NCBI GenBank assembly: GCA_947427095.1
Contig: CANEGO010000001.1
Location: 131,428-195,427 of the forward strand
Source of the DNA: an uncultured Clostridium sp.
GTDB taxonomy: Bacteria; Bacillota_I; Bacilli_A; RF39; UBA660
Direction of reading: 5' to 3'
Length of the DNA: 64,000 nucleotides
A model generated the notes under the pieces. It made no database searches, was not told where the DNA came from, and was given only the letters and a program-made list of their open reading frames with translations. Below, piece after piece: positions 9,745 to 20,102 of this stretch. The position numbers were made by a program, and so were the translations under genes. How positions within the stretch are numbered: the stretch's first letter is position 1; each line of letters opens with the position of its first letter.

Positions 9745-10275
9745 TTAATTGATTTTACTATTATTTATTTTTACACACCTACCAGGTACCCCGACTATGG
9801 TAACGTTTTTTAAAACATCTTTTAAGACAACTGCTCCTGCACCTATTTTAGAATTATCTCCAACAGTTATATTACCAAGTACTTTAGCACCAGCACCAAT
9901 TAAAACATTGTTTCCTATCGTAGGATGTCTTTTTTTAGTTTTTTCATTACCTGTTCCACCAAGTGTTACCCCATGAAACATTGTAACATTATCACCTATT
10001 ATTGCAGTTTCTCCAATTACAACGCCCGTTCCGTGATCAATAAAAAGACCCTTTCCAATAGTTGCTCCAGGATGAATTTCAATACCAGTTCTTCTTTTTG
10101 CAAATTCAGATATTAATCTTGCTATAAAAAACATTCTATGATTATAAAAAAATTTAGACATTTTATGATAGATTTGTACCCTAAAAGATGGATATAAAAA
10201 TACCTCCAAAATACTTTTTATTGCAGGATCACCTTTTTTTATAGTTTGTATTTGTTCTTTAATAAATTTAAACAT
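9745..10275 (-). CDS. cysE: Serine O-acetyltransferase
   Basis: 176 aa. Left-handed beta-helix hexapeptide repeats ([41 protein letters not shown]...) and a CysE-typical N-terminal helical region. Confidence 0.8.
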   Translation of the reverse strand: MFKFIKEQIQTIKKGDPAIKSILEVFLYPSFRVQIYHKMSKFFYNHRMFFIARLISEFAKRRTGIEIHPGATIGKGLFIDHGTGVVIGETAIIGDNVTMFHGVTLGGTGNEKTKKRHPTIGNNVLIGAGAKVLGNITVGDNSKIGAGAVVLKDVLKNVTIVGVPGRCVKINNSKIN

Positions 10276-10326
10276 ATATATTCACCAGTTTATATTATGA
10301 AAAAAAACACCTTTAGTTAAGTGCTT

Positions 10327-11250
10327 TTAGACTATTTTCCTTGCTATATAAGGAACTTCTTCTCTTGGTTCTTTTCCTTCAATTAAAATTCTTTTACATT
10401 TATCATAAGCATATTTTATTAAATTAGGATCTATTGAAATTCTATCTAGATACCTACCATAATATCTTTCTTCACAAAAAGCTAATACTCCCATTAATGA
10501 TATTTCCTCATATAATAAGATTAAAGCATCATCAAATTCAGCATGTTGATTTATTAAAACAGAAACAAAGTCTTGATTAAACATAGATTTACATAATCCA
10601 AATATGTTCTTTTCATCATTTTTTAAAAATAAAGTTTTTGATAAAAGATCAACTAATTCTTCACCAATACCATAATAATCGAATGAACTATAATAATTAA
10701 TTTCTTGTGTATTATAATTTCTACAGTAACGTTTATAGCTTAATTTTTCATTATATTTTCTAGCCACCATTAATGTTGATGTATATTCACATAATACTTC
10801 ATCTATTAATAATAATCCAAATTTATAATAAGTATATGGATTATTGATGTCTTGTAAATATGTAGTATTATATCCATAAGAATATGAACTAACAGAAGAA
10901 GAAAAATTATTTTCAACATAATTTTTAAATATATCAAATTTATTAGGATAATTTTTGTTAAATAATTCTTTATGAATACTATTACAAGTATGAGAAAACT
11001 CATGGAACAAAACTAAGCTAAGTTTTCTTTCATTATTAAAAAGACTCAGGTTTATATATAAATTATTATCCTGCACTTTTGCATCACCAGCTAAATTACT
11101 ATCTATAAATACTTTTAAATTAATTAACTTAGTTTTAAATAAATTTGCTTGAGTACTATTAAATAATCCTAATTCTAAACCATATTTAATATATTCTAAT
11201 ATATATTTTTCAATTTTTTTATTATAATTAATTTGCATTATATCCCCCAT
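10327..11250 (-). CDS. Hypothetical protein with an HExxH motif (putative metallopeptidase-like)
   Basis: 307 aa. HEFSH motif. Asn/Tyr-rich. Confidence 0.35.
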   Translation of the reverse strand: MGDIMQINYNKKIEKYILEYIKYGLELGLFNSTQANLFKTKLINLKVFIDSNLAGDAKVQDNNLYINLSLFNNERKLSLVLFHEFSHTCNSIHKELFNKNYPNKFDIFKNYVENNFSSSVSSYSYGYNTTYLQDINNPYTYYKFGLLLIDEVLCEYTSTLMVARKYNEKLSYKRYCRNYNTQEINYYSSFDYYGIGEELVDLLSKTLFLKNDEKNIFGLCKSMFNQDFVSVLINQHAEFDDALILLYEEISLMGVLAFCEERYYGRYLDRISIDPNLIKYAYDKCKRILIEGKEPREEVPYIARKIV

Positions 11251-11259
11251 TAATTAATA

Positions 11260-12519
11260 TTAATTCAAAAACTTTGTTTTATTTAGTTCTTTATTTTCTT
11301 TAGCTTGATTATCAAAATCAACATAAACTTTTTCACACCACTCATTAAACTTTATATTTTTTAATTCTTCTAAACTATATAAATATGTGCAACTAATGTC
11401 AAAATAATCAAAACTATTTCCTTTTATATTTAACTTGTCAAAATCTGGATAAGCATTTATTTTTATTTTATTACCATCAATCCATAAAGTATAATAAAAG
11501 TCCAAATTATTTATACCCAAAGTATAACCATCACTATTAATTATAAATTTACCAAGATCAGATTCAGTTATGTTAACTTTATACTTGTTTTCAAATATCT
11601 CATCAATTATTTCTCTAGCCTTATAAAAATTATCTAGATAACTTTCAGAATAAAATTCTTTTAACTCACCATATTTACTATCTTCATCTATTTGTCTATC
11701 ATAATTATCAGTAATTTTAGATACAAAAGTATCTTTATATTCAGAAAAAACCATAGCATCTAATATTGATACTAATTCAATTGCTTTTTGTATTGATGTG
11801 TATTTAGATAATTCTTTAATAAGTTCAAATGTGTTCCCGTTAGTATATAAATCAAATACTTTTTCTATTCCTAATATTAATGCTAAATCATTTACAATAA
11901 CACATTTTTCAAAATATCCATAATCATCATTAAATAAAGATACTGCACCTTCATTAAAACCATATCCAAACATCAGGGTAGATAATCCTGTAGTAGCAAG
12001 ACCATTTTTAGTTATAGCATGTAAATTTTCATGAGATACTGTAAAATTATCTTCTAAAGAGTATACAGAATATCTATTAGTATAAGAATTATAACTACCA
12101 CTCCACCAACCAATTTTTTTTGCAAGTGTACTCATTAATTTAATATCTATTGTTTGAGCAGAAGTACACATGTTAATAATTGATTCCTCATCCATAAATT
12201 CAGCGTACTTATTTAAAACATTTTCTTCAAACGAATCTATTATAATTACCTTTTCCTCATCAGATAAGTTTTTATTCTTATTTATACTATCTTCAAATAA
12301 CTTTTTAATCATTTCTATATTATTTAAATCCAAGCTTGAATCAGACGATATTGCATTCCCAACTGAAATTTTTTTACTATAAAATTTAATATTTGGAATT
12401 AATGTTAATGCTAATACACCTGATAATATCCCCGCTAATATTCTTTTTGCACAATTATTTTTAGTACCTTTTTTATTCATATAATAAAACCCCTTTTTTA
12501 TAGCCATATATATTAACAA
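11260..12519 (-). CDS. Hypothetical membrane-anchored or secreted protein with an HExxH motif
   Basis: 419 aa. N-terminal signal/TM segment (ILAGILSGVLALTLIP). HENLH motif. Confidence 0.35.
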   Translation of the reverse strand: MLIYMAIKKGFYYMNKKGTKNNCAKRILAGILSGVLALTLIPNIKFYSKKISVGNAISSDSSLDLNNIEMIKKLFEDSINKNKNLSDEEKVIIIDSFEENVLNKYAEFMDEESIINMCTSAQTIDIKLMSTLAKKIGWWSGSYNSYTNRYSVYSLEDNFTVSHENLHAITKNGLATTGLSTLMFGYGFNEGAVSLFNDDYGYFEKCVIVNDLALILGIEKVFDLYTNGNTFELIKELSKYTSIQKAIELVSILDAMVFSEYKDTFVSKITDNYDRQIDEDSKYGELKEFYSESYLDNFYKAREIIDEIFENKYKVNITESDLGKFIINSDGYTLGINNLDFYYTLWIDGNKIKINAYPDFDKLNIKGNSFDYFDISCTYLYSLEELKNIKFNEWCEKVYVDFDNQAKENKELNKTKFLN

Positions 12520-12605
12520 AAAATATATATTTTGTCAAACATATGTACTATAAATAAAAATCACGATTTCTCGTGATTTCATTATTTATATAATTAATTG
12601 CCCTT

Positions 12606-13673
12606 TTAGTATTTTAATTCTCCCATCCTTGATGTTGGAACAAAACCAGCATCTGCATTTATTACATCTGGTATTCTGTTTACTATGCTAGCACATGTAA
12701 GTTCTACGGTTGCTGGCTTTTCAATTACAAGCGTTGTATCAGGTTCACCATAAACAGTCCACTCGTTTCTATCAAACTCGTCTTTGTTATACACCTTACC
12801 AATGCACTCTGTTTCCAAAGTTATTCCTTCTTTAGTTTTTGTTGTAACAACCGCACTCATACCAGTTGCCATGTCAGCTTTAACCGTCATGCCTAAAGTA
12901 CTTGATTCTATGTCATAACTATTAAATTGTGGCACGCATTTTTGAGTTTGACTAATAACCGTAAGTCCTAGCTTATCACAAAGCCATCCATTTACATTCC
13001 ACATATAAGATGGCGCATACTTTCCGCTTTCAATTAATTTTTGTCTTTCTTCGTCAGATATTTCATCCGCTGATGCAATTTCTGTTTCAAATTCTTCTTT
13101 AGTAAGTCCTGCTCCATGTGCTTTAGCAAGTGCAATACCATAATCTTCCACGTTATAAGAAGAGCTTCCCTTTATTTTGGTAATATTATGACTAGCACCT
13201 ACTAAAGTAGTAATTAAATTACCCCAAAACGCATCCTGATAACCACTACCAGTAATCGTACAATCATTTTCTTTTGCAAGCTTATCAATTTCTTTTGTTA
13301 AGTTAGGATTAGAATTCATTGGATAAAACGCTTCTTCACAAGTAGTTATTGCGTTAACTCCACATTTAGCGCAAATAAGTAGTGCATCTTTAACATCATC
13401 AAGTAAACTCATCGTCGTAACTATCGCACAATCTGGTTTTAATTCAGTTAATAAACCTTCTACATTTTTAACATCATTTATAATAACGCCTAGTTTTTCA
13501 CACCCTATTATTTCACCAATATCTTTTCCTATAACATCCGGATTAACATCTACCGCTCCAACAATTTTACCACCATTTTCTATTACGTAACGCATGGTGT
13601 AGACACTCATTTTTCCACAGCCATATTGAAATATTTTTAAATCTTTCATATCATTTATCCCTTTCTTAATCAT
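12606..13673 (-). CDS. NAD(P)-dependent amine dehydrogenase family protein (DapB-like fold; 2,4-diaminopentanoate dehydrogenase-like)
   Basis: 355 aa. N-terminal Rossmann motif (KIFQYGCGKMS...GGKIVGAVD) and a length matching the Ord/amine dehydrogenase family. A terminator hairpin lies at about 12565-12586. Confidence 0.45.
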   Translation of the reverse strand: MIKKGINDMKDLKIFQYGCGKMSVYTMRYVIENGGKIVGAVDVNPDVIGKDIGEIIGCEKLGVIINDVKNVEGLLTELKPDCAIVTTMSLLDDVKDALLICAKCGVNAITTCEEAFYPMNSNPNLTKEIDKLAKENDCTITGSGYQDAFWGNLITTLVGASHNITKIKGSSSYNVEDYGIALAKAHGAGLTKEEFETEIASADEISDEERQKLIESGKYAPSYMWNVNGWLCDKLGLTVISQTQKCVPQFNSYDIESSTLGMTVKADMATGMSAVVTTKTKEGITLETECIGKVYNKDEFDRNEWTVYGEPDTTLVIEKPATVELTCASIVNRIPDVINADAGFVPTSRMGELKY

Positions 13674-13744
13674 ATTATAACATTCATATTTGAGGAATTT
13701 ATCAAAATAAAGGAAAAAGTTACGGTTTAAACCATAACTTTACG

Positions 13745-15037
13745 TTAATAAGAATATGTATCACTAGCGTTAGAATCATTCATAAAAAACATTGCTAATA
13801 ATTCTTCGATGCTCATCGTTGTTGCATCTTTAACATCAAAATCAAGTAATTTATATCCTTCCTGATTTTTTAAATTTATAAGTATTTGATTTAAAGCATC
13901 AGAGGTAAGCTCTTCTGAGTTAATTGGGTTGTTTACATCTTTTAAATCTATTTTTTTATTATACACATACTCATACTTCATATTAAATGCCATAGTTATT
14001 CCACCACTTTTAACACTTATAACATATCCATCTTTATTTTCAGTCGATTGCTTTATTTCTACCGTAACATCATCAGAAATAATCTTTACTTTAATTAAAT
14101 CTTTGTTCCACATACTAGTATATAATTTAATCTTTAATGTTTTAAAATCTTCATAACTTGCATTTTCATTTAAAGAAGCTTTAACCTGATCCTTATCTTC
14201 ACCAGCAATACTAGCATAAGCATTAATAAAATCATCATTTGCAAGTAAACGCTTAGTAATGTAATCTTCCATCTCTTTTGCATTTTTTTCATTCAAAATA
14301 AGTGTTGATACCCTTGCCTTAACTTTCTTATTATTAAGCATAATTGTTTCTTTACCACTTTCAAAATAATTATTTTGAAGCGAATCATTAAAAGCGTCTA
14401 CAAAGGAACTTAAAACAGTTTTTGTACTTTTAACATCAACTTTATTAAAAACATCTTCAAAATCACTTTCTTCTGCCATTATTGGCCTATCATATAAGTT
14501 ATTAAGCATTATGTAAAACTCTTTATCATATTGAAAATAAGCATTAACAAACTCTTTGTCATTATAATTTGTTACAAAGTTATAAAGAACTGTTTTTTTA
14601 TTATAGTCGACTCCGCCGGCTAGCTTAATTTCAAATTTATTAAATATATCTTCGAACTGCTTGCTCCCGGTTCCTTTAACTAATGGTGATAGAGAAAGTG
14701 ATAAATAAATTGAATCATAATCACCTTTAATTTCGGACAAAGAAGCTTTATAGCTTTCATTAACAACCTGTTTAAAAACGTTTTTAGGCGAAAACCTTGA
14801 TAAAACAAATGTTAATGCAGCACCTAAAACAAATAAAACAGAAAAAGTTATACAAAGTGAAATAATAAGTCTTTTTTTTGATTTTTTATTAGTGTTTTCA
14901 TGTTTTTGATTCTTTAATTCTTCTATGTCTTCTTTTTCATAAAATTCTAGTTTTTGATTACTATTTAATTCCTTTCCACAATTAGCACAAAATTTAGCGT
15001 TATCTAAATTATCAGCACCACAAAAAACACATTTCAT
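13745..15037 (-). CDS. Zinc-ribbon plus single-TM protein with a large extracytoplasmic domain
   Basis: 430 aa. N-terminal MKCVFCGADNLDNAKFCANCGKEL, then a TM segment. Confidence 0.45.
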   Translation of the reverse strand: MKCVFCGADNLDNAKFCANCGKELNSNQKLEFYEKEDIEELKNQKHENTNKKSKKRLIISLCITFSVLFVLGAALTFVLSRFSPKNVFKQVVNESYKASLSEIKGDYDSIYLSLSLSPLVKGTGSKQFEDIFNKFEIKLAGGVDYNKKTVLYNFVTNYNDKEFVNAYFQYDKEFYIMLNNLYDRPIMAEESDFEDVFNKVDVKSTKTVLSSFVDAFNDSLQNNYFESGKETIMLNNKKVKARVSTLILNEKNAKEMEDYITKRLLANDDFINAYASIAGEDKDQVKASLNENASYEDFKTLKIKLYTSMWNKDLIKVKIISDDVTVEIKQSTENKDGYVISVKSGGITMAFNMKYEYVYNKKIDLKDVNNPINSEELTSDALNQILINLKNQEGYKLLDFDVKDATTMSIEELLAMFFMNDSNASDTYSY

Positions 15038-15155
15038 ATTAATCCTCCTATCTTATATGTTAATTATAACATATGAACTAGAAATTATGACATAATATGA
15101 CACAAATTTTACAAAAGTATCTATTTAATATATAATAAAACCAAGGTGAAATAAA

Positions 15156-15887
15156 ATGAGCAACAGTATGAACTATTATGAGTTACTTGGCATAAAAAAT
15201 GATGCTACTGAAGCAGAAATTAAAATTGCATATAAAAGTCAAATGAAAAAATGGCACCCAGACTTAAATAAGAGCGATGAAGCAGTTTCGATGTCATCTA
15301 AAATAAACGAGGCTAAAGAGGTTTTATTAGATATTGAAAAAAGAAAAGATTATGACGAATACTTATCAAGAAAAGAAACCGAAAGTTATAACAGATATAC
15401 TCAAAGAAAAGCAAATAGTACTCAAGAACAAACAAATAATACTAACGATTCCATGGTAACAAAGTGGGAATACTTAAGAGATTGGCTTAAATTTAGCACT
15501 TATAAACCGATAATAAAGATAATTGGAACAATAGGAGTATTATTTGAAAGCCTATTATGTTTAATAATCAAACTAATTTTAATATTATTAGCATTTATCT
15601 GTAACATGGGAAGCTACATGATAAGAAACTTATTTAATTATTTATCTCCGGTTATTGGAATTATGGCATTTTTATTAGTAGCACAATTTTTAACCAATGG
15701 TTTAAAAGAAGTAATAAAACAAAATAAGGAAATTTTAAGAGGGATTATAATACTCTTGTTAGTTTATCTTTCAAGCTTTATTTTACCATTACTATCAAAC
15801 CTAATTTTATCACCAAAAGTATTTAATGTTTTATATAATAAAATAGACATAAACTTATTTAAAAAGTGTGTTGGTTATAAAGATTAA
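15156..15887 (+). CDS. J-domain (DnaJ-like) membrane protein
   Basis: N-terminal J domain (YYELLGIKNDATEAEIKIAYKSQMKKWHPDLNK with the HPD motif). C-terminal hydrophobic segments. Confidence 0.7.
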   Translation: MSNSMNYYELLGIKNDATEAEIKIAYKSQMKKWHPDLNKSDEAVSMSSKINEAKEVLLDIEKRKDYDEYLSRKETESYNRYTQRKANSTQEQTNNTNDSMVTKWEYLRDWLKFSTYKPIIKIIGTIGVLFESLLCLIIKLILILLAFICNMGSYMIRNLFNYLSPVIGIMAFLLVAQFLTNGLKEVIKQNKEILRGIIILLLVYLSSFILPLLSNLILSPKVFNVLYNKIDINLFKKCVGYKD

Positions 15888-15920
15888 TAGACATAGTTTA
15901 AATTATTCTAATAAATGCAT

Positions 15921-15945
15921 AAAAAAACTTCCCTCGAAGGAAGTC
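15921..15945 (-). terminator. Terminator hairpin downstream of tRNA-Ser (possibly bidirectional)
   Basis: acttcc-ctcgaa-ggaagt hairpin flanked by an A run on the plus strand (U run on the minus strand). Confidence 0.45.
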
Positions 15946-15956
15946 ATTATTCATAA

Positions 15957-16047
15957 TGGCGGAGTGAGAGGGATTTGAACCCTCGCGCCAGTTGCCCAGC
16001 CTACACCCTTAGCAGGGGCGCCTCTTCAGCCTCTTGAGTATCACTCC
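15957..16047 (-). tRNA. tRNA-Ser (anticodon GCT)
   Basis: The reverse complement folds as a class II tRNA. Acceptor stem GGAGTGA/TCACTCC with an encoded CCA. Anticodon loop CUGCUAA. Long variable arm. T-loop GGTTCAAATCC. Confidence 0.85.
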
Positions 16048-16107
16048 AGCTGATAAAATAATTTTACACTATTAAAAAAAATAGGTCAAGTATTAAACAA
16101 AATTTAC

Positions 16108-17019
16108 CTATTTTTTTTCATTTTTTAACTTATAACTTTTTTCCATCACCTTAGTAAAGTTCTTTTTGTTATTTTTATTATTAAAATTATGGATTTCATT
16201 TATTTTATCCGGTGGAAGAATATTATATCCTAGATAACCACTTACTATTTTTTGTAATAAAGTTATATTACTAACAGAAAAAGAAATCGTACTAATTAAA
16301 TCTTCTTCAATCATTGATATTATATCGATATCAAACTCATCATAAAGCAAATTATTGGATAACAAATATTTCTTATACACATAAAATGATTCTATCATTT
16401 CTAAAATAACGTACTTATAAGCATCAAAATCTTTTCTTTCTAAATTAATCAAGTCTTCCACACCAATTTGAACCGTAGTATTAAAGGCATCGTTATCATT
16501 CTGTCTTTTCCTTTCATGATACTCCTCTAAAACAGACATAGCATCATATCTGTTCAAATAAGAAAATGCATCAATTAAAAAGCATGGAAAAAATTTCATC
16601 AGATAACTTTTATCCTCAATCGAGCGTTCAACAAGATTTCTTTTATAATAAACATCAGAATCATAGAAATAATTTACATCTTCTAAAAAGCTCTTAAAGA
16701 TATTTATTGTCAAACGATCCTTAAGTTCCCCGATATTAGAAAAACTTTTTAAATATAAAATATTTTTTAATAAATCCTTATCTTCTGGATACATTGTTAA
16801 ACTTAATTTAGTTACTAAATAAGTCGACTCAAACACCAAGCCCAATATATAATCATATATTCCAGAACCGTTCTTTATATTATCATATAAGTTATAAAAT
16901 AAATCTATGTATTCATAGTTTTTATCCTCTTTCGATATTTCAAATATAAGATTACTAAGATATTTTCTTATTTCATCATTATAATTTACTACTTTCATTC
17001 CAAACTCCCTAACATTCAA
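16108..17019 (-). CDS. Hypothetical protein
   Basis: 303-aa ORF with no recognisable domain. Confidence 0.35.
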   Translation of the reverse strand: MNVREFGMKVVNYNDEIRKYLSNLIFEISKEDKNYEYIDLFYNLYDNIKNGSGIYDYILGLVFESTYLVTKLSLTMYPEDKDLLKNILYLKSFSNIGELKDRLTINIFKSFLEDVNYFYDSDVYYKRNLVERSIEDKSYLMKFFPCFLIDAFSYLNRYDAMSVLEEYHERKRQNDNDAFNTTVQIGVEDLINLERKDFDAYKYVILEMIESFYVYKKYLLSNNLLYDEFDIDIISMIEEDLISTISFSVSNITLLQKIVSGYLGYNILPPDKINEIHNFNNKNNKKNFTKVMEKSYKLKNEKK

Positions 17020-17089
17020 TTATATATTAACACACAATTAGTATATTTTTCAATTATTTGATAATAATATTAAGGAAAGGAAGAATAAA

Positions 17090-17245
17090 ATGAAAAATAA
17101 AGATAAGAAAAAAGGTTGTAAAGATTGTAACTGTAATGAAGTTATAGAAAAGAAAGTTAAAACCATGGAAAATGGCAAAGAATATTACGAGGAAGTAGAA
17201 AAAAAAGAAGTAGACGAAAATCAGGAACAAGATAGTAATGAATAA
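17090..17245 (+). CDS. Small acidic Cys-containing protein (51 aa), not in the ORF track
   Basis: An AAGGAAAGGAAG RBS lies 7 nt upstream of the ATG. Translation: MKNKDKKKGCKDCNCNEVIEKKVKTMENGKEYYEEVEKKEVDENQEQDSNE. A terminator hairpin (agagccaaaatggctct plus T run) follows at 17246-17268. Confidence 0.4.
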   Translation: MKNKDKKKGCKDCNCNEVIEKKVKTMENGKEYYEEVEKKEVDENQEQDSNE

Positions 17246-17264
17246 AGAGCCAAAATGGCTCTTT

Positions 17265-18482
17265 TTATCTATGTCTTAATTTACCTTTCATACCCTTAGT
17301 ACCTTTTGTACCATCAAACGTTGATAAAATATTTGATTCAAAGATAGTTGTCTTCTTTAATTTTTTCTTAAAACGCTTAACAGCGATATTAATCATATCG
17401 TCTAATAATTCATCATATTCCTTGTTTAAAGGCATCCATAAATAAAATGATAAACATCCTGGAATAGTATTAAGTTCATTAATATAATATTTTTTAGCTT
17501 TTTTATCATATAAATAATCTATTCTAACTACACCTGATGCACCTAATGCTCTAAATGCTTTTTTAGAAGTTTCAGAAATATCCTTAGCTAACTTTTCTGG
17601 AATATCAGCAGGTATTACACGATCAGCAGAAACCATTCCTTTAGATGCTCCGCTAAACTTTTTAGCAGCACCCTTTTTAGCTCCACTACCAATATATTTA
17701 TCATTAAATGATAATATCTCGTCTTTACCCATAACTTGCTCTATGCTAGACGTTTCCATGTAACTATTAGATCCTAATACGCTACAGTTAAGCTCAGTCA
17801 TGTTACCGATTACTTCTTCTACTAAGATTTTATCATCATATTTAGTAGCTTCTATAATTGCTTCTTTTAAAGCCTCTTCATCTTTAGCAACACTAATTCC
17901 AATGCTGCTACCTTGTCTTGCTGGTTTAACAATTAAAGGATAACCAATTTTTTTGGCATCTGCTAAAATTTTAGCTTCATCTTCAAAATATTCATTATCA
18001 TAAAACCACATATACTTAGTAACAGGAATATTTTCAGCTTCCAATATTTGTTTTTGGAATACCTTATCTTGTCCTACCGTACATCCATAAATATCACTAC
18101 CGGTATATGGAACACCAAAAGTTTCAAGCATTCCTTGAATGTTACCATCTTCCATGTTATATCCATGAACACAAGGAACAACAATATCAACCGTTGCAAT
18201 AGTTTTCTTAAATAAACCATTTTTATTTTGTAAAACTAATGCTCCATCTTTGTTATAGCACACTACGTTTTTACAATAACGTTTTAAAAGTTCTGGTTCC
18301 TTATAAACATCCATTTCTTTTAAAGGTGCTCCTGTATACATATCGTTTTCCTTTGTTAAATACATAGGAATAACCTCATACTTATCAGTATTTAAAAATC
18401 CCATTGCTTGAACAGCGGTTATTATACTAACTTCATGTTCCGTTGTTTTTCCACCATATAAAACTCCAACTCTTATTTTCAT
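17265..18482 (-). CDS. ddl: D-alanine--D-alanine ligase
   Basis: 405 aa. The N-terminus MKIRVGVLYGGKTTEHEVSIITA and the ATP-grasp core are typical Ddl. There is a C-terminal extension of about 40 aa. Confidence 0.85.
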   Translation of the reverse strand: MKIRVGVLYGGKTTEHEVSIITAVQAMGFLNTDKYEVIPMYLTKENDMYTGAPLKEMDVYKEPELLKRYCKNVVCYNKDGALVLQNKNGLFKKTIATVDIVVPCVHGYNMEDGNIQGMLETFGVPYTGSDIYGCTVGQDKVFQKQILEAENIPVTKYMWFYDNEYFEDEAKILADAKKIGYPLIVKPARQGSSIGISVAKDEEALKEAIIEATKYDDKILVEEVIGNMTELNCSVLGSNSYMETSSIEQVMGKDEILSFNDKYIGSGAKKGAAKKFSGASKGMVSADRVIPADIPEKLAKDISETSKKAFRALGASGVVRIDYLYDKKAKKYYINELNTIPGCLSFYLWMPLNKEYDELLDDMINIAVKRFKKKLKKTTIFESNILSTFDGTKGTKGMKGKLRHR

Positions 18483-18496
18483 ACTTTAATCAACTC

Positions 18497-20098
18497 CTAT
18501 TCGTTATATATATCAGGTAAATCATTTTCTATTAAGCAATAACTTTCTTTACCATTAGATAAACTCTTAACAAGGTTAAAAGCTTCTTTCGTGCTTTTTA
18601 CAACATATATGTTCTTATCGTTAAACTTAACTTCTTTTAAACCATCTTTAATTGGTTTAGTTATTTTTTCTCCAACTAAAATTACTACGTCACAAGAATC
18701 TTTCATGTACGTTCCAAACTTTTTATTAAGTTCGTATGACTTATCACCAAGCTCTACCATACCTGGCGTCATAACTATTCTTAACCCTGGCATATCTTTT
18801 AAGACCTCAAGAGCCATCTTAGATCCAACCGGATTAGAATTATAAGAATCATCTATGTAAGTTATGTTTCCGACAGGTCTTAGTTCTAGTCTATGTTCTA
18901 CGCTTCGAGCGCCAAGTACCGCTTTTTTCATTTGATCAACAGTTAGTCCAAACTCTTTAGATAAAGCAAGTGATGCTAATATGTTATATATGTTATTATA
19001 ACCTAATAATCTAGTTGTAAACTCATACTTAGTTTTATCTCCTTTAAAGATAACGTTAAACGTTGTACCTTTGTTAGATGTTTTAATGTCAAGAGCACGA
19101 ACATCTACGTCTTTATTATCAATACCAATCCAAATAATTTTACAATTATTTTTAAGTTTATAATTAACCTGAAGTTCATCATCACCATTTAAAACTCCAA
19201 TACCATCACTTGGAAGACTTTCGATAAGTTCAAACTTACCTTTTTGGATATTTTCTTGGGAACCAAATATTTCGATATGAGCAGTACCTATCTTTGTTAA
19301 AATACCATATTTAGGTTTAACTAAATCACATAAATCTTTTATTTCACCTACTTTGTAGGCACCCATTTCCGCGATTAATATATCATCAAACTTATCTAAA
19401 TGGTTATTAACCGTTATGATAAGTCCATATGGTGTATTAAAGTTTTTAGGACTAGGAAGTGCGCTATACTTAACGTTTAATATATCACTTAATATGTTTT
19501 TACTACTTGTCTTACCATAACTACCAGTAATACCAATTACCTTTAAATTATTCATCCCCTTTAACTTGTTAACAGCTTTTGTCTTATATGATAAGTAAAC
19601 CATTTTTTCAGCTGGTTTATTTATTATAACCACCAACATAATAACAAAGTTTAAAAGCATATCATATATAAATAAACATAAATATATGATGTTTACGTTT
19701 TTAACGAAATATAAACCTACGCATACTAATAAAAATAAAATTACGTTAGTAAAAATAAGTCTTTTTACCCTTGCGGTAACCTTTAGCTTAATCTTTGTAT
19801 CAGCGTTTTTATTTTCTTTCATTTTTATCAAAAGAATGATTAGACATACTATAAAGAAATACACGCTTGTTATAAAGCTAGTTTCCAACTTAAATATTAT
19901 TAACACTAAATAAGTAATTAAAACTACCAAAGAACATTTAAGTGGCGTTTTAAAAGATTTCATATCTTTTAAGGTCCATTTTAAAAACCTATGATCGTCA
20001 TTATATAAATTTTGCTGCGCCATATGAAGTGCTTTTTTCAAATCATAAATAAGTAAAACTATAAATGGTATTAAACTAATATAAAACATTATATACAC
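18497..20098 (-). CDS. murF: UDP-N-acetylmuramoyl-tripeptide--D-alanyl-D-alanine ligase with an N-terminal polytopic membrane region
   Basis: 533 aa. P-loop GITGSYGKTS at about residue 190, and the MurF signature IDDSYNSNP near the C-terminus. The first 180 or so residues are hydrophobic TM helices instead of the canonical N-terminal domain. Confidence 0.75.
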   Translation of the reverse strand: MYIMFYISLIPFIVLLIYDLKKALHMAQQNLYNDDHRFLKWTLKDMKSFKTPLKCSLVVLITYLVLIIFKLETSFITSVYFFIVCLIILLIKMKENKNADTKIKLKVTARVKRLIFTNVILFLLVCVGLYFVKNVNIIYLCLFIYDMLLNFVIMLVVIINKPAEKMVYLSYKTKAVNKLKGMNNLKVIGITGSYGKTSSKNILSDILNVKYSALPSPKNFNTPYGLIITVNNHLDKFDDILIAEMGAYKVGEIKDLCDLVKPKYGILTKIGTAHIEIFGSQENIQKGKFELIESLPSDGIGVLNGDDELQVNYKLKNNCKIIWIGIDNKDVDVRALDIKTSNKGTTFNVIFKGDKTKYEFTTRLLGYNNIYNILASLALSKEFGLTVDQMKKAVLGARSVEHRLELRPVGNITYIDDSYNSNPVGSKMALEVLKDMPGLRIVMTPGMVELGDKSYELNKKFGTYMKDSCDVVILVGEKITKPIKDGLKEVKFNDKNIYVVKSTKEAFNLVKSLSNGKESYCLIENDLPDIYNE

Positions 20099-20102
20099 TT
20101 CC

